In this document: positions 63,650-64,000 of the stretch, piece after piece | Position numbering within the stretch: the stretch's first letter is position 1 | Layout: every line of letters begins with the position of its first letter | From: Vicugna vicugna | Lineage: Eukaryota | Direction of reading: 5' to 3' | Assembly (NCBI GenBank): GCA_013265495.1 | Contig: MU058463.1 | Span: 4,362,244-4,426,243 of the forward strand | Length of the DNA stretch: 64,000 bases | Made by a program: the position numbers and the translations under genes | Notes under the pieces: model-generated | What the model saw: the letters and a program-made list of their open reading frames with translations, nothing else | Databases searched by the model: none | What the model was told of the DNA's origin: nothing

Positions 63650-64000
63650 ACCTCTTACTCCAGCCATGCAGGCTTCAATCTATTTTGGGAAGTGAAAATT
63701 AACTGTATCTTACTTTGAACCTCTTGCTTCCTGTGCTGGGGCTTCTCTGAGGCCATGACATGGGATGCCATAGGACTTCACTAGGCACTAACACGCATGG
63801 CTCCTGGACATACAGGGGAGTTAACACCCTGGGGACAACCTTGATCAATAGGGATGGGTGCTGCCAGGTAACTTTGTCTCCCTTTCTCCTCCTAGGTGGA
63901 TGGTTCTGAGATGAATTTCATAAGACTACTTAGAAGGTTCTGCAGGATTGAATTGCCATATCAGTGGCCAGTGCATCTGTGGTAGGTTGAAAAATGACAC
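63650..64000. mobile_element. ERVL LTR fragment (LTR16-like), truncated by the window edge
   Basis: ccctggggacaaccttgatcaataggga...ggatggttctgaga motifs. Confidence 0.55.

Overview
AT-rich mammalian nuclear DNA, most likely camelid: it carries four tRNA-Ala-like Vic-1-type SINEs. Interspersed repeats (L1, L2, MIR, MaLR/ERVL/ERV1 solo LTRs, hAT and Tc2 DNA transposons) fill a large part of the window. No intact protein-coding gene, functional RNA gene or prokaryotic-type system is visible. The main signal lies in the non-repetitive gaps on the minus strand. From about 63.5 kb down to 0.55 kb there is a series of exon-like segments, many with canonical splice sites and several with phase-compatible junctions. 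Their conceptual translations repeatedly give a Trp-centred helical motif (LL-x2/3-F/L-x2-W-K/R, about 22-31 aa spacing) resembling SFI1-type centrin-binding repeats, plus one coiled-coil stretch. The frames contain many stops, often at the Trp position, and many frameshifts. My best interpretation is a long-dead unitary pseudogene of a very large SFI1/C1orf167/CCDC191-like protein that probably extends beyond the window. This reading was done by eye across three frames, and single motif hits also occur by chance, so it needs a homology search to confirm. Repeat family names are recalled from consensus sequences, and repeat boundaries are approximate unless a TSD is given.
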